DNA of 64,000 bases from a virus (IMGVR_UViG_3300036886_000214:445-64444); one strand, 5' to 3'. Counted from the stretch's first letter, positions 1 through 8,843 are shown. Made by a program: numbers and translations. Notes: generated from the sequence alone by a model not told the origin.

Positions 1-109
1 TTCTTCGTTTATAGCCTCTTTCTCTGTTTCATCACTCATATATACCCCTCAGTTCCAATCGCTTTAATTTGAGGCTATGATAGCCGTTTTTAGGGGGAGG
101 GTCTAGAGT

Positions 110-406
110 ATGTTTAGTTGTGTTGAAACAGGGTATTTAGTTTGTATATTTGGTTCGACATTCTTTGGTAATGAAGTGTATAAAAATATCAACGAACGGG
201 AACTAAAAGAGGTTCGAGAAGAGCTTGAGAGGGTAAAAAAAGAAAACCACCTCTTAAAGTTTGGTTACGATAAAGAGATAGCCGATAATGACAGCCCACC
301 CCACCTAATCCAAGCCCCGCCAATGCTACACCAATATGCTTTAGAGGAAACCAGAGGCCAGCCGATCCCCCCTGATTATTCACCCCTAAATGAGAGGCCA
401 AAATAG
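110..406 (+). CDS. hypothetical protein
   Basis: 98-aa ORF preceded by GGGGGAGG SD-like sequence. Confidence 0.45.
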   Translation: MFSCVETGYLVCIFGSTFFGNEVYKNINERELKEVREELERVKKENHLLKFGYDKEIADNDSPPHLIQAPPMLHQYALEETRGQPIPPDYSPLNERPK

Positions 407-446
407 GGCTGTATAAAGGATCAGCATAAATATTTATAAAAAGATG

Positions 447-475
447 TTGACAAGCATTCCTCGATCGAGTAATCT
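447..475 (+). promoter_or_regulatory. sigma70-type early promoter
   Basis: TTGACA(447-452)-17bp-TAATCT(470-475); CTCGATCGAG palindrome in spacer. Confidence 0.7.
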
Positions 476-521
476 ACAAATAAGAAGCAAATAGTTTTTA
501 TCAACAGAGGGGTAAACGAGC

Positions 522-818
522 ATGAGACAGTACAACACGATTACAGAGATAAAGGAAGCAAACAAGGCTATTGGTCACCATTGGTTTTCAATAGGAACAA
601 AAAGGTTTTTTGATTCTAAAGTGGAAAGCCGGGTTTTATATGGTCAATACTTTATTAGCTCAGAATCACTACCAGGCGCTAAAGCAAGACAATACAGTAT
701 TAGGAAAGCTTTGGAAAACGGCCAAATAGAAACAGTTGGTGAATTTCTATCTTTCGAAACTAAGAAGGATGCAATCGCGGTCTTAAAGGAAATGATTGTT
801 GCACGCGGCTATTTTTAA
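522..818 (+). CDS. hypothetical early phage protein
   Basis: First ORF after promoter, SD GAGGGG. Confidence 0.75.
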   Translation: MRQYNTITEIKEANKAIGHHWFSIGTKRFFDSKVESRVLYGQYFISSESLPGAKARQYSIRKALENGQIETVGEFLSFETKKDAIAVLKEMIVARGYF

Positions 819-845
819 CCATTTATCAACAGAGGAGTCCACGAA

Positions 846-1031
846 ATGAAAATGCTAATAAATTTGCAAGGGTTAAGATTCTTGCAAGGTATGCTAGAGG
901 CGGAAATTAAACGTAATAAATTTGAGTTCTACGGGAATTCTAATTACAATCCGCAAGAAATAGCCACCGATATATTAAATGACGTAAAAGCAACTTTAAG
1001 AGCAGAGGAAAAACTAGGAGGTGTAAAATGA
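846..1031 (+). CDS. hypothetical protein (similar to 1420..1590)
   Basis: SD GAGGAG; ATGA overlap with next gene. Confidence 0.7.
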   Translation: MKMLINLQGLRFLQGMLEAEIKRNKFEFYGNSNYNPQEIATDILNDVKATLRAEEKLGGVK

Positions 1032-1423
1032 ACAGCATAGACAATTTTAAAAGAGCGATTGAGATTAATTATCTTAATAAATGTCAAACACTAAAACAGT
1101 TCATCCTAGAAACCTACGCCGATGAAATCCCCGATATAGCTGAACATGGCTGTCAGGGCGGCATGCATGGAATGATAACTTATTACGAAACAGGATTGCT
1201 TTATGATAAATTTGCTGACGATATTTGGATGACGATAAGCGATCACATTGAAGGAATGGGTGAAACCGTTATGACATTTTTGGGCAATCCAAATTATGGT
1301 AATGATATTGTAATTACCGATAATGCAACATTTAAAAACTATATGTTGTGGGTGGCAGTTGAAATTACTTGTCAAAACATAATGTACGAAAGAGAAAACG
1401 AGAAAGAAGGAGGTGCAGAATGA
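1028..1423 (+). CDS. acidic hypothetical phage protein
   Basis: Coupled ORF; DIAEHGCQGG..ITYYET motif. Confidence 0.75.
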   Translation: MNSIDNFKRAIEINYLNKCQTLKQFILETYADEIPDIAEHGCQGGMHGMITYYETGLLYDKFADDIWMTISDHIEGMGETVMTFLGNPNYGNDIVITDNATFKNYMLWVAVEITCQNIMYERENEKEGGAE

Positions 1424-1590
1424 TATTATCAATCACAGAACTAGACTTTTTGAATCGGTATTTAATCGATGACTTAAACAATCGTGAGGATTTTAACTTC
1501 TGGTCCGGTTCAGAAGCTGCGAAAGATATCGCTTATGATATTTTAAAAAAGACGACAAGAGAGTTAAATAAACAAGGGGGTGCAGAATGA
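1420..1590 (+). CDS. hypothetical protein
   Basis: Start reassigned to ATG 1420 (ATGA overlap, SD GGAGGT). Confidence 0.65.
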   Translation: MILSITELDFLNRYLIDDLNNREDFNFWSGSEAAKDIAYDILKKTTRELNKQGGAE

Positions 1591-1841
1591 AACCATTTAC
1601 TATTAATCTTGAGATGGACGATAAAGAGGCGCAAGCATTAGTTGAAGCTTTAAATATTTGTTTGGGCGATAAAATAGGAAGGAAAGAGTTTTCAGGCGAA
1701 ACATTGCGACAACTATCTGCTTTATTCTTAGAGATGGATGTTTTAATGGACGCAGAATATGGGCGAATTGATACCCATGTTAAAAACTGCTATGACCTGC
1801 GCGATAAGAGATTAGAGTCAATTAAGGGAGATACAGAATGA
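1587..1841 (+). CDS. hypothetical protein
   Basis: ATGA-coupled ORF. Confidence 0.65.
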   Translation: MKPFTINLEMDDKEAQALVEALNICLGDKIGRKEFSGETLRQLSALFLEMDVLMDAEYGRIDTHVKNCYDLRDKRLESIKGDTE

Positions 1842-2305
1842 GCACAAAAGCCATGTTTAAATTTTATGACGAGTCCGACACCGTTTATATCTATAAATGG
1901 AGCAATGAAGTTAATCCCTGGAATGCCTTTAAAGAAATTAAAAAAACTTTTGAAAGTGAATATGCTTTTAAACTCCCAAGGTATGAAGCATATCAATTTT
2001 CAGCGGCATTTTTAATGGCTAATAGAAATACTGGGGAGATAAACCCAACGGGAGGGACTAACTATAGAATAATGAGTGGCCCTGACTCTGATGCACATTG
2101 GTTATATGCTGTGTCTTGGAAGGGGGATTACTTATGGATAGAAGTTTTCTTGTTTGATGAGGAAGTATTTAATGGCTGTTTTGGTCTTTTTGAAGAATGG
2201 CAATCAAAATATAAAAAAGAAGCTTACAAGATTGACACAGGAAGGCGAAAAAAACTTATGACTATCGATGAAATGAAAAACCTTTTAAAGGAGAGCACAG
2301 AATGA
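1838..2305 (+). CDS. hypothetical protein (paralog of 4739..5251)
   Basis: MST start; FSAAFLMANR vs LASSFIAANR. Confidence 0.7.
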   Translation: MSTKAMFKFYDESDTVYIYKWSNEVNPWNAFKEIKKTFESEYAFKLPRYEAYQFSAAFLMANRNTGEINPTGGTNYRIMSGPDSDAHWLYAVSWKGDYLWIEVFLFDEEVFNGCFGLFEEWQSKYKKEAYKIDTGRRKKLMTIDEMKNLLKESTE

Positions 2306-2478
2306 CAATCCACATTAACCTAACACTAACCGTTGCAGAGTGGGAATTTTTAATAACCCTGCTTAATCAAGAGTTGGACGACATTGAAGAATATGACGAA
2401 CTGGGAAGAGAGCATCTTAATAATATTTTTCTTGAAGTGTCTAATGGTTTCCAATTGGTCAGAGGGGGTGCAGCATGA
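2302..2478 (+). CDS. hypothetical protein (58 aa, not in ORF track)
   Basis: MTIHINLTLT...RGGAA; ATGA overlaps on both ends. Confidence 0.6.
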   Translation: MTIHINLTLTVAEWEFLITLLNQELDDIEEYDELGREHLNNIFLEVSNGFQLVRGGAA

Positions 2479-2618
2479 AAACCTACGAAGTCATTGACGG
2501 CAAAACTAAAAAGGTTGTTGGCCAATATATCAATATGCGCCGGGCAAGTCGGCGCGTTAATGAGCTTGACAATATTTACGGGTCTTACAGGTATTATTAT
2601 AGGAGGATTGCCGCGTGA
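2475..2618 (+). CDS. hypothetical protein (47 aa, not in ORF track)
   Basis: MKTYEVIDGKTKKVVGQY...; coupled on both sides. Confidence 0.6.
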   Translation: MKTYEVIDGKTKKVVGQYINMRRASRRVNELDNIYGSYRYYYRRIAA

Positions 2619-2800
2619 CGTATTACAAGGAACCTATAAGCGGTCGCACGCAGAGTAGCGAGGATTGGATTGTTTACTTTAAATCTCTTTATGGTTTGTA
2701 TTATGGTGATTTACCTAATAAACCAAGTCTAGAAAAATACATAAAGCAATCGTTTGATTATTTAAGGCTAGTTAATTCGAAAGAGGAACCGATAAAATGA
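2615..2800 (+). CDS. hypothetical protein
   Basis: GTG start, SD AGGAGG. Confidence 0.6.
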   Translation: MTYYKEPISGRTQSSEDWIVYFKSLYGLYYGDLPNKPSLEKYIKQSFDYLRLVNSKEEPIK

Positions 2801-3054
2801 ACTTACCAAAATTTGTTATGACAAATACAGACAAAAAGATTATTGGACATGGGGACGAAGACCCACCAGTTTTTTTTGATAGCTTAGACCTATCCGAGCA
2901 AGTGCCAGAGGGCATTGTTCATACCTGGCGACTTCGTAAAGTGGGTAAAAATCAATTTTATGCCCTGGTTGATAAATGCGTCAACTGTAACCTTGAAGAT
3001 ATAATATGCGAATGCATTAAATGCCAGCTAAAGGAGATGCAAAAGGATGGGTAG
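2797..3054 (+). CDS. hypothetical protein, Cys-rich C-terminus
   Basis: CxxC...CxCxxC; coupled. Confidence 0.6.
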   Translation: MNLPKFVMTNTDKKIIGHGDEDPPVFFDSLDLSEQVPEGIVHTWRLRKVGKNQFYALVDKCVNCNLEDIICECIKCQLKEMQKDG

Positions 3055-3331
3055 AACGATTAAGGATTCGTACCGTTTGGAATTAGAGCTGGTCGCTAAA
3101 GGGGCTAGCCCCATTCGCTTTACTGAGCTTTCGTATTTATTAGAGCAGTTCGACGAAGACTTTAATTGGAATATGCCGGGTTTAATCGATGACTTGATAA
3201 TATCATTAAATCGTCTGATAGCATTGGATTTTACGGTTGATACAGCAAGCAATAAGTTGTTTAATCGGCTTGCAAAACAATTGGATGAATTAAAGCATGA
3301 AAAGTTTGAGGAGGCCGAGAAATGCAAATAG
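3047..3331 (+). CDS. hypothetical protein
   Basis: Overlapping coupled ORF, SD AAGGAG. Confidence 0.6.
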   Translation: MGRTIKDSYRLELELVAKGASPIRFTELSYLLEQFDEDFNWNMPGLIDDLIISLNRLIALDFTVDTASNKLFNRLAKQLDELKHEKFEEAEKCK

Positions 3332-3618
3332 TCCGCTATATACCAAACTATTTCGATACTGAGACAAAGGTAATCAACGAGTTTAACACTCTTGAAGAAT
3401 TGCGAGAAATTGAGTGGATAAAAACCACTTCAGAAATTCCCGATTTTAAATGCTTTTTGATTAAGGAAAGACAAGAGCCTGAAACGCATTCTACCCTACT
3501 GGCAATGTTTAAAAACGGGCACTGTTTCCCCATTGGATTCTTAACTGAGTTAGTGCCGGGTATGGAGGTGCTAAAAACATGGGCAAAAATTGAGCAAAAG
3601 AAAGGGGCCAAAGAATGA
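3322..3618 (+). CDS. hypothetical protein
   Basis: SD GAGGAGG; coupled. Confidence 0.6.
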   Translation: MQIVRYIPNYFDTETKVINEFNTLEELREIEWIKTTSEIPDFKCFLIKERQEPETHSTLLAMFKNGHCFPIGFLTELVPGMEVLKTWAKIEQKKGAKE

Positions 3619-3926
3619 CTAACCTAGAGAAGCTTTTGATAGAGGCCAATAAAAGGGAGCTGATTGTTTATTTGTCTATAAAGCATAGTTACGATAATAC
3701 AACTAATGAACTTGTACCCTTTTTTAAAGTAGAAGTAACAAAAAATAACCAATTTTTGGGCTTCGTGACACAAGAAAGTTTTACAGCTAAATCGTTAACG
3801 ATTGAAGAGGCAGCCCGCGAAGTAATTAATTTAATGCTAAAAGATTTGCAATACAAAAATAATCTGATAGCTAAAGAATTGAAAGATTTAATCACTACTA
3901 TTGAGATGGAGAAAACGAATGACTAA
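3615..3926 (+). CDS. hypothetical protein
   Basis: ATGA-coupled ORF. Confidence 0.6.
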   Translation: MTNLEKLLIEANKRELIVYLSIKHSYDNTTNELVPFFKVEVTKNNQFLGFVTQESFTAKSLTIEEAAREVINLMLKDLQYKNNLIAKELKDLITTIEMEKTND

Positions 3927-4143
3927 GTACCTTTTGTACGGATATAACAACGGTCAACGGCATAAAAAAGAGTTCTACGGCAGCTATAACGACGAAGAAT
4001 CGGCACAAAGGGCCTTAAAGTGCTTGCAATATGAAGGGGTTAGGTATGATAATTACTGTCTTAAGGATGACTACCACAAAGTCTTTGTTAAAAACGTTAA
4101 GGCAATTTTGCCATTTAATCGAGTTAGAGAGGGTTTGAGATGA
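3919..4143 (+). CDS. hypothetical protein
   Basis: Start reassigned to ATG 3919 (SD GGAG). Confidence 0.55.
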   Translation: MTKYLLYGYNNGQRHKKEFYGSYNDEESAQRALKCLQYEGVRYDNYCLKDDYHKVFVKNVKAILPFNRVREGLR

Positions 4144-4742
4144 GTATTTTTTCAAGATTGTTTTATTTAGATGAAGAACAGGACGCACTAGATTTTGAGT
4201 TTTTAAAGCATAAAAAAGACATTATGCTATTTATAGCCGAGCTTACCGGTGTTATTGAAATAGGGGCGAAAGAGGGCGAAGCGAATGCCGCTGAATCTCT
4301 TAGAGACATCTATAACACGATGGAAAATCACCCATCATCCAATTTAGTTGTTTCACTCCTAAATAGACAAAGAGAAATTAACGATAAGTTTGGCGAATCA
4401 GATAAAATGAGCTTGGAAGATAGCTTATTAAAAGAAATGGAAATTAAATCAAGCAATCAAGTGCATGGTGGCATTGCAAAAGCTCGAAAGAGCCGCCTAA
4501 CAAAAGAAAAAAGCAAAAAGATTAAGAAGGTTTTAGAAGCCATTGCAAAAGCAAGCTTTAGCGAGAAAGCGAAGAAAGTTCCAAAGATAAAGAAATCTAT
4601 CAAGAAGGATGTAAAGAAGCCTTTCCCTAAAAAGGCAGCCAAAATTAAACCTAAGCCCAAGGCTAAAAAAACGCCCATACAGAAGGTTATAAAAGAAATG
4701 AAGAGGGGCCTTAAATCTATCAAGAAAGGGGCTAAGAAATGA
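4140..4742 (+). CDS. protein with histone H1-like Lys/Ala/Pro-rich C-terminal tail
   Basis: KKPFPKKAAKIKPKPKAKK low-complexity basic tail after acidic N-domain. Confidence 0.65.
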   Translation: MSIFSRLFYLDEEQDALDFEFLKHKKDIMLFIAELTGVIEIGAKEGEANAAESLRDIYNTMENHPSSNLVVSLLNRQREINDKFGESDKMSLEDSLLKEMEIKSSNQVHGGIAKARKSRLTKEKSKKIKKVLEAIAKASFSEKAKKVPKIKKSIKKDVKKPFPKKAAKIKPKPKAKKTPIQKVIKEMKRGLKSIKKGAKK

Positions 4743-5251
4743 GCACAAACGCCTTAATTAGCTTTCTTGAGGTGGATGAAGGGGGACTTATTCCAGATGA
4801 ATCCTTTACTCTCTATGTGCACTGTGACGGCTACCCAACTGGCATCGTCAGCATGATTCAAAAGGCCATTAGCTTTACGGGTGACAAGAAAGATGCTTTT
4901 AGTTTGGCATCTTCTTTTATTGCCGCTAATCGACGTAGGAATGATGGAGGGAATATAAGAGTTTTTCCCCAAGAAAAACCATTTGATAAGATGCTTACAA
5001 TTGCAATTGAGTGGCATTATGAAATCTATAGAGAAAATCATGAATATTTTATCGATGTTCATGCTTTACGCCTCAAAGAACCAACTGTCAATTGGTCGGG
5101 GCGCTTTTCCGATTTAATTTTGGCTGCAAGTTCTATTGAAGGGATGGCCAATGATAATGCAGAAACCCATAACGAAGACAATCGGACCGCTGGACCAGGA
5201 GAAGAACGACCGGCTAAGAAGCCTTATAAATGGGTAGGGATATTGGGTTAA
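4739..5251 (+). CDS. conserved phage protein (MST...YxHxDGYP type)
   Basis: MSTNA...LYVHCDGYP motif. Confidence 0.7.
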   Translation: MSTNALISFLEVDEGGLIPDESFTLYVHCDGYPTGIVSMIQKAISFTGDKKDAFSLASSFIAANRRRNDGGNIRVFPQEKPFDKMLTIAIEWHYEIYRENHEYFIDVHALRLKEPTVNWSGRFSDLILAASSIEGMANDNAETHNEDNRTAGPGEERPAKKPYKWVGILG

Positions 5252-5253
5252 AT

Positions 5254-5556
5254 ATGGCCAAGACAAAGCGCGATAAAATGAGAAATAAGTTTAAGCGAAT
5301 CCATCGGGAACAGAGAAAAGCCCAAGATATGCGCGAATATTTCAGGCTTCGCGCTGGTGAAGATGTTATGGCTTATGAAGTCAAAGCAGCTGCGGGGCAG
5401 ATTATGAATGATCCAGCATGGTGGAATCATTTGTACGATATTGTCCCCGCAAGACGTAGGACAAAAGCCCTATTGGATAAAATTAAAAAGGTGCCTGCGG
5501 AGGCAGAAGAAATTATTTTCCCCGATTTTAAACGTCCTCACATTTATTATTGGTGA
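5254..5556 (+). CDS. hypothetical basic protein
   Basis: PAWWNHLY...PHIYYW; start at 5254 likely. Confidence 0.6.
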   Translation: MAKTKRDKMRNKFKRIHREQRKAQDMREYFRLRAGEDVMAYEVKAAAGQIMNDPAWWNHLYDIVPARRRTKALLDKIKKVPAEAEEIIFPDFKRPHIYYW

Positions 5557-5559
5557 ATT

Positions 5560-5868
5560 ATGTACGAAATATGGGAAGTAAAGGAATTAGAGAAAGATAA
5601 GCTTTATGCACTTAAAGAGCTTTGGACGAAGCATAAGACAATACGAAACCTAATTTTTGATTTCTATTGGGCCGTTCGTATAACAGGAAGACCACGAGGA
5701 AATAAGTTCTTTGTTTATCTTGAAAAAGGACAGAAACTAAATGACCCGGAAAACCCTATAAGGCTTTCCCATTATCCTTATGATTCCTCAAATATTGCTT
5801 CGTTTTCTTGGATAGATGGTTTACAAATGCGGATTTTAGATGATTCATATAATCAAAAATTGTCCTAA
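5560..5868 (+). CDS. hypothetical protein
   Basis: ORF in co-directional array. Confidence 0.55.
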   Translation: MYEIWEVKELEKDKLYALKELWTKHKTIRNLIFDFYWAVRITGRPRGNKFFVYLEKGQKLNDPENPIRLSHYPYDSSNIASFSWIDGLQMRILDDSYNQKLS

Positions 5869-6358
5869 GCATGGGCCTTTGACTATCACGCAATTAACCA
5901 CCAGCGGTCGCTCCAAATCGGGTGCTATTTTTCGATGTAAACAATGTTTAAAAATATCACACCAAAAGCATTGGGAGAGGCACAAAGAAAAAGTTAAACA
6001 AAAACAATTGGAATATAAAGAAAAAGACCCAGAAAAATATAGAGAAATTAAAAGAGCCTCAAATAAAAGATATGCTCATAAATATAGAAAAGCGAGTATA
6101 CGAAATAAAATTTACAAAAAGTTAAACGTCGAACATATTAGAAAGCTTGAGAGAGAGCGAACCATTTTTTATGTTGAAAATTTGCCTCCCCCCTATATTC
6201 GTGATATATTGACCCGTCGAAGCAGCTTATCGGCGAAAGATATTCCCATCGATCTAGTGGAAATAAAAAGGGCATCAATGTTAATTAAGCGCATAGGGCT
6301 AGACGAGAGAAGGCAAAATAGGTTAAACCAATTAACAGAGGAGCGCAAAAATGTCTAA
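5840..6358 (+). CDS. zinc-ribbon basic protein (family A, copy 1)
   Basis: CPKHGPL...CKQC; C-terminal YIRDIL..LSAKDIP..VEIKR. Confidence 0.7.
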   Translation: MIHIIKNCPKHGPLTITQLTTSGRSKSGAIFRCKQCLKISHQKHWERHKEKVKQKQLEYKEKDPEKYREIKRASNKRYAHKYRKASIRNKIYKKLNVEHIRKLERERTIFYVENLPPPYIRDILTRRSSLSAKDIPIDLVEIKRASMLIKRIGLDERRQNRLNQLTEERKNV

Positions 6359-6635
6359 GAATGCTAGCAAAATTAGTTGCATGTCGGATTTAAGGATCCA
6401 TGCAGTTGAAACATTAAATCTTTTAAGAAACAAAGATATAGACACCATCGAGGCCGGGGTTACTGCAAAGGTTTATGATAGTATTATTAGCTCTTGTAAG
6501 GCTGAAATGGAGTACGCAAAACTCAAGGATTGTGAAGTAGACATAAAATTTCTAGAGGACGCACCTGAAGATAATCCGAAAACTTTAGAAAATACCCGAC
6601 CATCTTTTGAAGTTAAAAGGTTAAATGATAAATGA
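6351..6635 (+). CDS. helical phage protein (family B, copy 1)
   Basis: Similar to 6979..7239. Confidence 0.7.
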   Translation: MSKNASKISCMSDLRIHAVETLNLLRNKDIDTIEAGVTAKVYDSIISSCKAEMEYAKLKDCEVDIKFLEDAPEDNPKTLENTRPSFEVKRLNDK

Positions 6636-6982
6636 CAATTTTAAAAGTTTGTAAAATACATGGACCATTAGAGATTGATAGTATTATACTTAGCCGAAAA
6701 AAAGATAGGCCAAATCCTAGCAAAGTGTGTCTTTTTTGCACCCGCGAGACCAATAGGAGAAACTGTAAGAATAGCAGAAACAGGCGTCCCGAAATATATA
6801 AGAAGAGAGACTCCGAAAGAAATAATTTATTAATGAGTACCTTAGATGATAGATATTTAATCAGGCTAATTTGTAGCGATTCTAAATTGAATAAAAATGA
6901 CATAACACCGGAAATTATAGCGTTTAAACGCGCTGCACTTTTACTAAAGCGAAAATTAATGCATAGGAGCATAGAGCAATGA
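6632..6982 (+). CDS. zinc-ribbon basic protein (family A, copy 2)
   Basis: CKIHGPL...CLFC. Confidence 0.7.
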   Translation: MTILKVCKIHGPLEIDSIILSRKKDRPNPSKVCLFCTRETNRRNCKNSRNRRPEIYKKRDSERNNLLMSTLDDRYLIRLICSDSKLNKNDITPEIIAFKRAALLLKRKLMHRSIEQ

Positions 6983-7239
6983 CTAAGAAAATCAGCAACA
7001 TCGATCAGTTAAGAGAAGATGCTTTAAGGACAATTGAGCGACTTGATAACGGCGATATTGTTGCAGAAGACGCTTCTACCAAATCTAAACTCTATGACAA
7101 TGTGATGAACTCACTAAAACTTCAAATTTTTTATTCAAAGATTAAAGAGGAACGGCCTAATATTCCGTTTTTAAATACATGCCCCGTCATCGAAGGCAAC
7201 CTAGTGGATAAGCCTATTAAGGAATTGGAGAAAAAATAA
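6979..7239 (+). CDS. helical phage protein (family B, copy 2)
   Basis: KIS.+..LR..A+.T+..L.N.DI...A....K+YD pattern shared with 6351..6635. Confidence 0.7.
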   Translation: MTKKISNIDQLREDALRTIERLDNGDIVAEDASTKSKLYDNVMNSLKLQIFYSKIKEERPNIPFLNTCPVIEGNLVDKPIKELEKK

Positions 7240-7241
7240 TA

Positions 7242-7547
7242 ATGTGGAAATTTACCCTTAACTATGTTTCATTAGCAATGATGGCTGGAGCAACTGCCTT
7301 TAATGTCTATGGCGCAATTAGAGGTCATCGAGCTTTTAAAAAATTGCAGGCTGCTGATAACGAGTTAAGGCAGGAAGGCACACGTTTCCGAATGATGTGC
7401 AACATCATTAACCGCTTAGCAACTAAATCGCAGATTCAAGAAATTAATCGAGAATTGGAGGCGGTCAACTTATTAATAGATTCAACGATAGACAAAAGTC
7501 CTAAGCTTAAATTGGTAGAAAAAGATAATCAGAGGATGCATAGTTAA
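7242..7547 (+). CDS. hypothetical membrane-anchored protein
   Basis: N-terminal hydrophobic segment. Confidence 0.55.
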   Translation: MWKFTLNYVSLAMMAGATAFNVYGAIRGHRAFKKLQAADNELRQEGTRFRMMCNIINRLATKSQIQEINRELEAVNLLIDSTIDKSPKLKLVEKDNQRMHS

Positions 7548-7891
7548 TGGATCACCAAATTGCTCTTTTAGATTCCGAAGGATTTACATTTAATGCACCA
7601 AATAGATTTAGGAATCGTTCGCGTAAGCATGTTTACTGGTGTACTGACACCTTTATTTTTGTGCCTAAAGAATATGATGAGCTTTTTAATTTTCAACAGC
7701 TAAACGATATGCTTGGCTCAACAGCGCTAATCCTAATAACTCCTTTTTGTAATGTCTGGGCCGATAAAAAGCCGTACGCGCCCGATTATTTTGCGCCAAC
7801 AGTGGGCAATGTTTTACACGTATTAAAACTTCTTCAAGATTGGAGTAATGCCTTTCCCGAGGGAATATGGCGCATTACCGAGGCCCTCTAA
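7547..7891 (+). CDS. hypothetical protein
   Basis: TAATG overlap; ends PEGIWR motif. Confidence 0.6.
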   Translation: MDHQIALLDSEGFTFNAPNRFRNRSRKHVYWCTDTFIFVPKEYDELFNFQQLNDMLGSTALILITPFCNVWADKKPYAPDYFAPTVGNVLHVLKLLQDWSNAFPEGIWRITEAL

Positions 7892-8081
7892 TCTCTTTGT
7901 CCATTTCATGAAAATGTATTTGCTCTATTTCTAATTCTTTGCCATTGAAAAGAACATCCGCAGAAAAGAGATAGCGTTTGCCTGGATTATCTTTTAAGAA
8001 TTTAACGATGTTCTTAAACATAGAAAAATCTGAAAACTCCTTTTCAAGAAGGGGCAATTTAAAACTAAAACGGTCCTTCAT
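7875..8081 (-). CDS. hypothetical protein
   Basis: SD AAGGAG; downstream of HTH gene. Confidence 0.55.
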   Translation of the reverse strand: MKDRFSFKLPLLEKEFSDFSMFKNIVKFLKDNPGKRYLFSADVLFNGKELEIEQIHFHEMDKEIRGPR

Positions 8082-8093
8082 ATAAATACTCCT

Positions 8094-8525
8094 TTATTTA
8101 CTAAAAATATCTGGCCGAAGCATGTAGGGGGTAATTTTTCCATCGGATAATTCGCAAATCTTCTTTATGAGTCGTACCGGGCATTTTGTTTTACCGTTTA
8201 TCACGCGGCTTAAAGAAGAAACGTTACTATCAAGCTCAGAAACCAAGTTACTTAATGTTTTAAACCGTCTGATAAGAGGGATAAAAAAGGGAAGCTGAAT
8301 ATTGCTGAATTGTTTGGATATGTATTTCTCTGGAACTTTTAATGCAGATGCTTTTTCAAGAATTTTCACACAATCAGGGTGAATCAGACTTTTTGGCATA
8401 CGCAACCAGTTTGATACCTGTTGCTGGTGTCTATTGCAAAGTCTGGCAATTTCTCCAATAGAGCCAATCTTTTTAAAAATTTGTTCTAATTCTTTTTTAG
8501 CTTTATGTTTTATCTTGTTTGCCAT
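8094..8525 (-). CDS. Cro/CI (YdaS-like) transcriptional regulator with two HTH domains
   Basis: SIGEIARLCNRHQQQVSNW and TLSNLVSELDSNVSSLSRVING; C-terminal ITPYMLRPDIF typical of Cro/YdaS. Confidence 0.75.
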   Translation of the reverse strand: MANKIKHKAKKELEQIFKKIGSIGEIARLCNRHQQQVSNWLRMPKSLIHPDCVKILEKASALKVPEKYISKQFSNIQLPFFIPLIRRFKTLSNLVSELDSNVSSLSRVINGKTKCPVRLIKKICELSDGKITPYMLRPDIFSK

Positions 8526-8551
8526 GCTAATCTCCCCTATTTAAGTATGTC

Positions 8552-8618
8552 ATCATAATCGATAAATTACTTAAATGCAATAAAATTTGTTGACAATAAG
8601 GAAAAGACTATTTATACT
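8552..8618. promoter_or_regulatory. back-to-back divergent sigma70 promoters (switch region)
   Basis: + TTGACA(8590-95)-17-TATACT(8613-18); - TTGCAT(8580-75)-17-TATGAT(8557-52). Confidence 0.7.
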
Positions 8619-8651
8619 AATAATGAGTCAATCAATAGAGGAGTAGAGTGT

Positions 8652-8843
8652 ATGTACAATTTCGAACATTTTAAGAGAGGCAAAGATGAAGGTAGTTATT
8701 ATAGGACATTGGAAATATGTCAATCTGAGCATGATTTGCTTGGGAAGTTAGTATCACACTTCCATGATGTCCCAAATGGGCCGATTAACGTTACTAAAAT
8801 CGACCCTTTAGGCTTACCACATTTAAAAGGAGAACGACAATGA
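8652..8843 (+). CDS. hypothetical protein
   Basis: SD GAGGAG after promoter. Confidence 0.6.
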   Translation: MYNFEHFKRGKDEGSYYRTLEICQSEHDLLGKLVSHFHDVPNGPINVTKIDPLGLPHLKGERQ

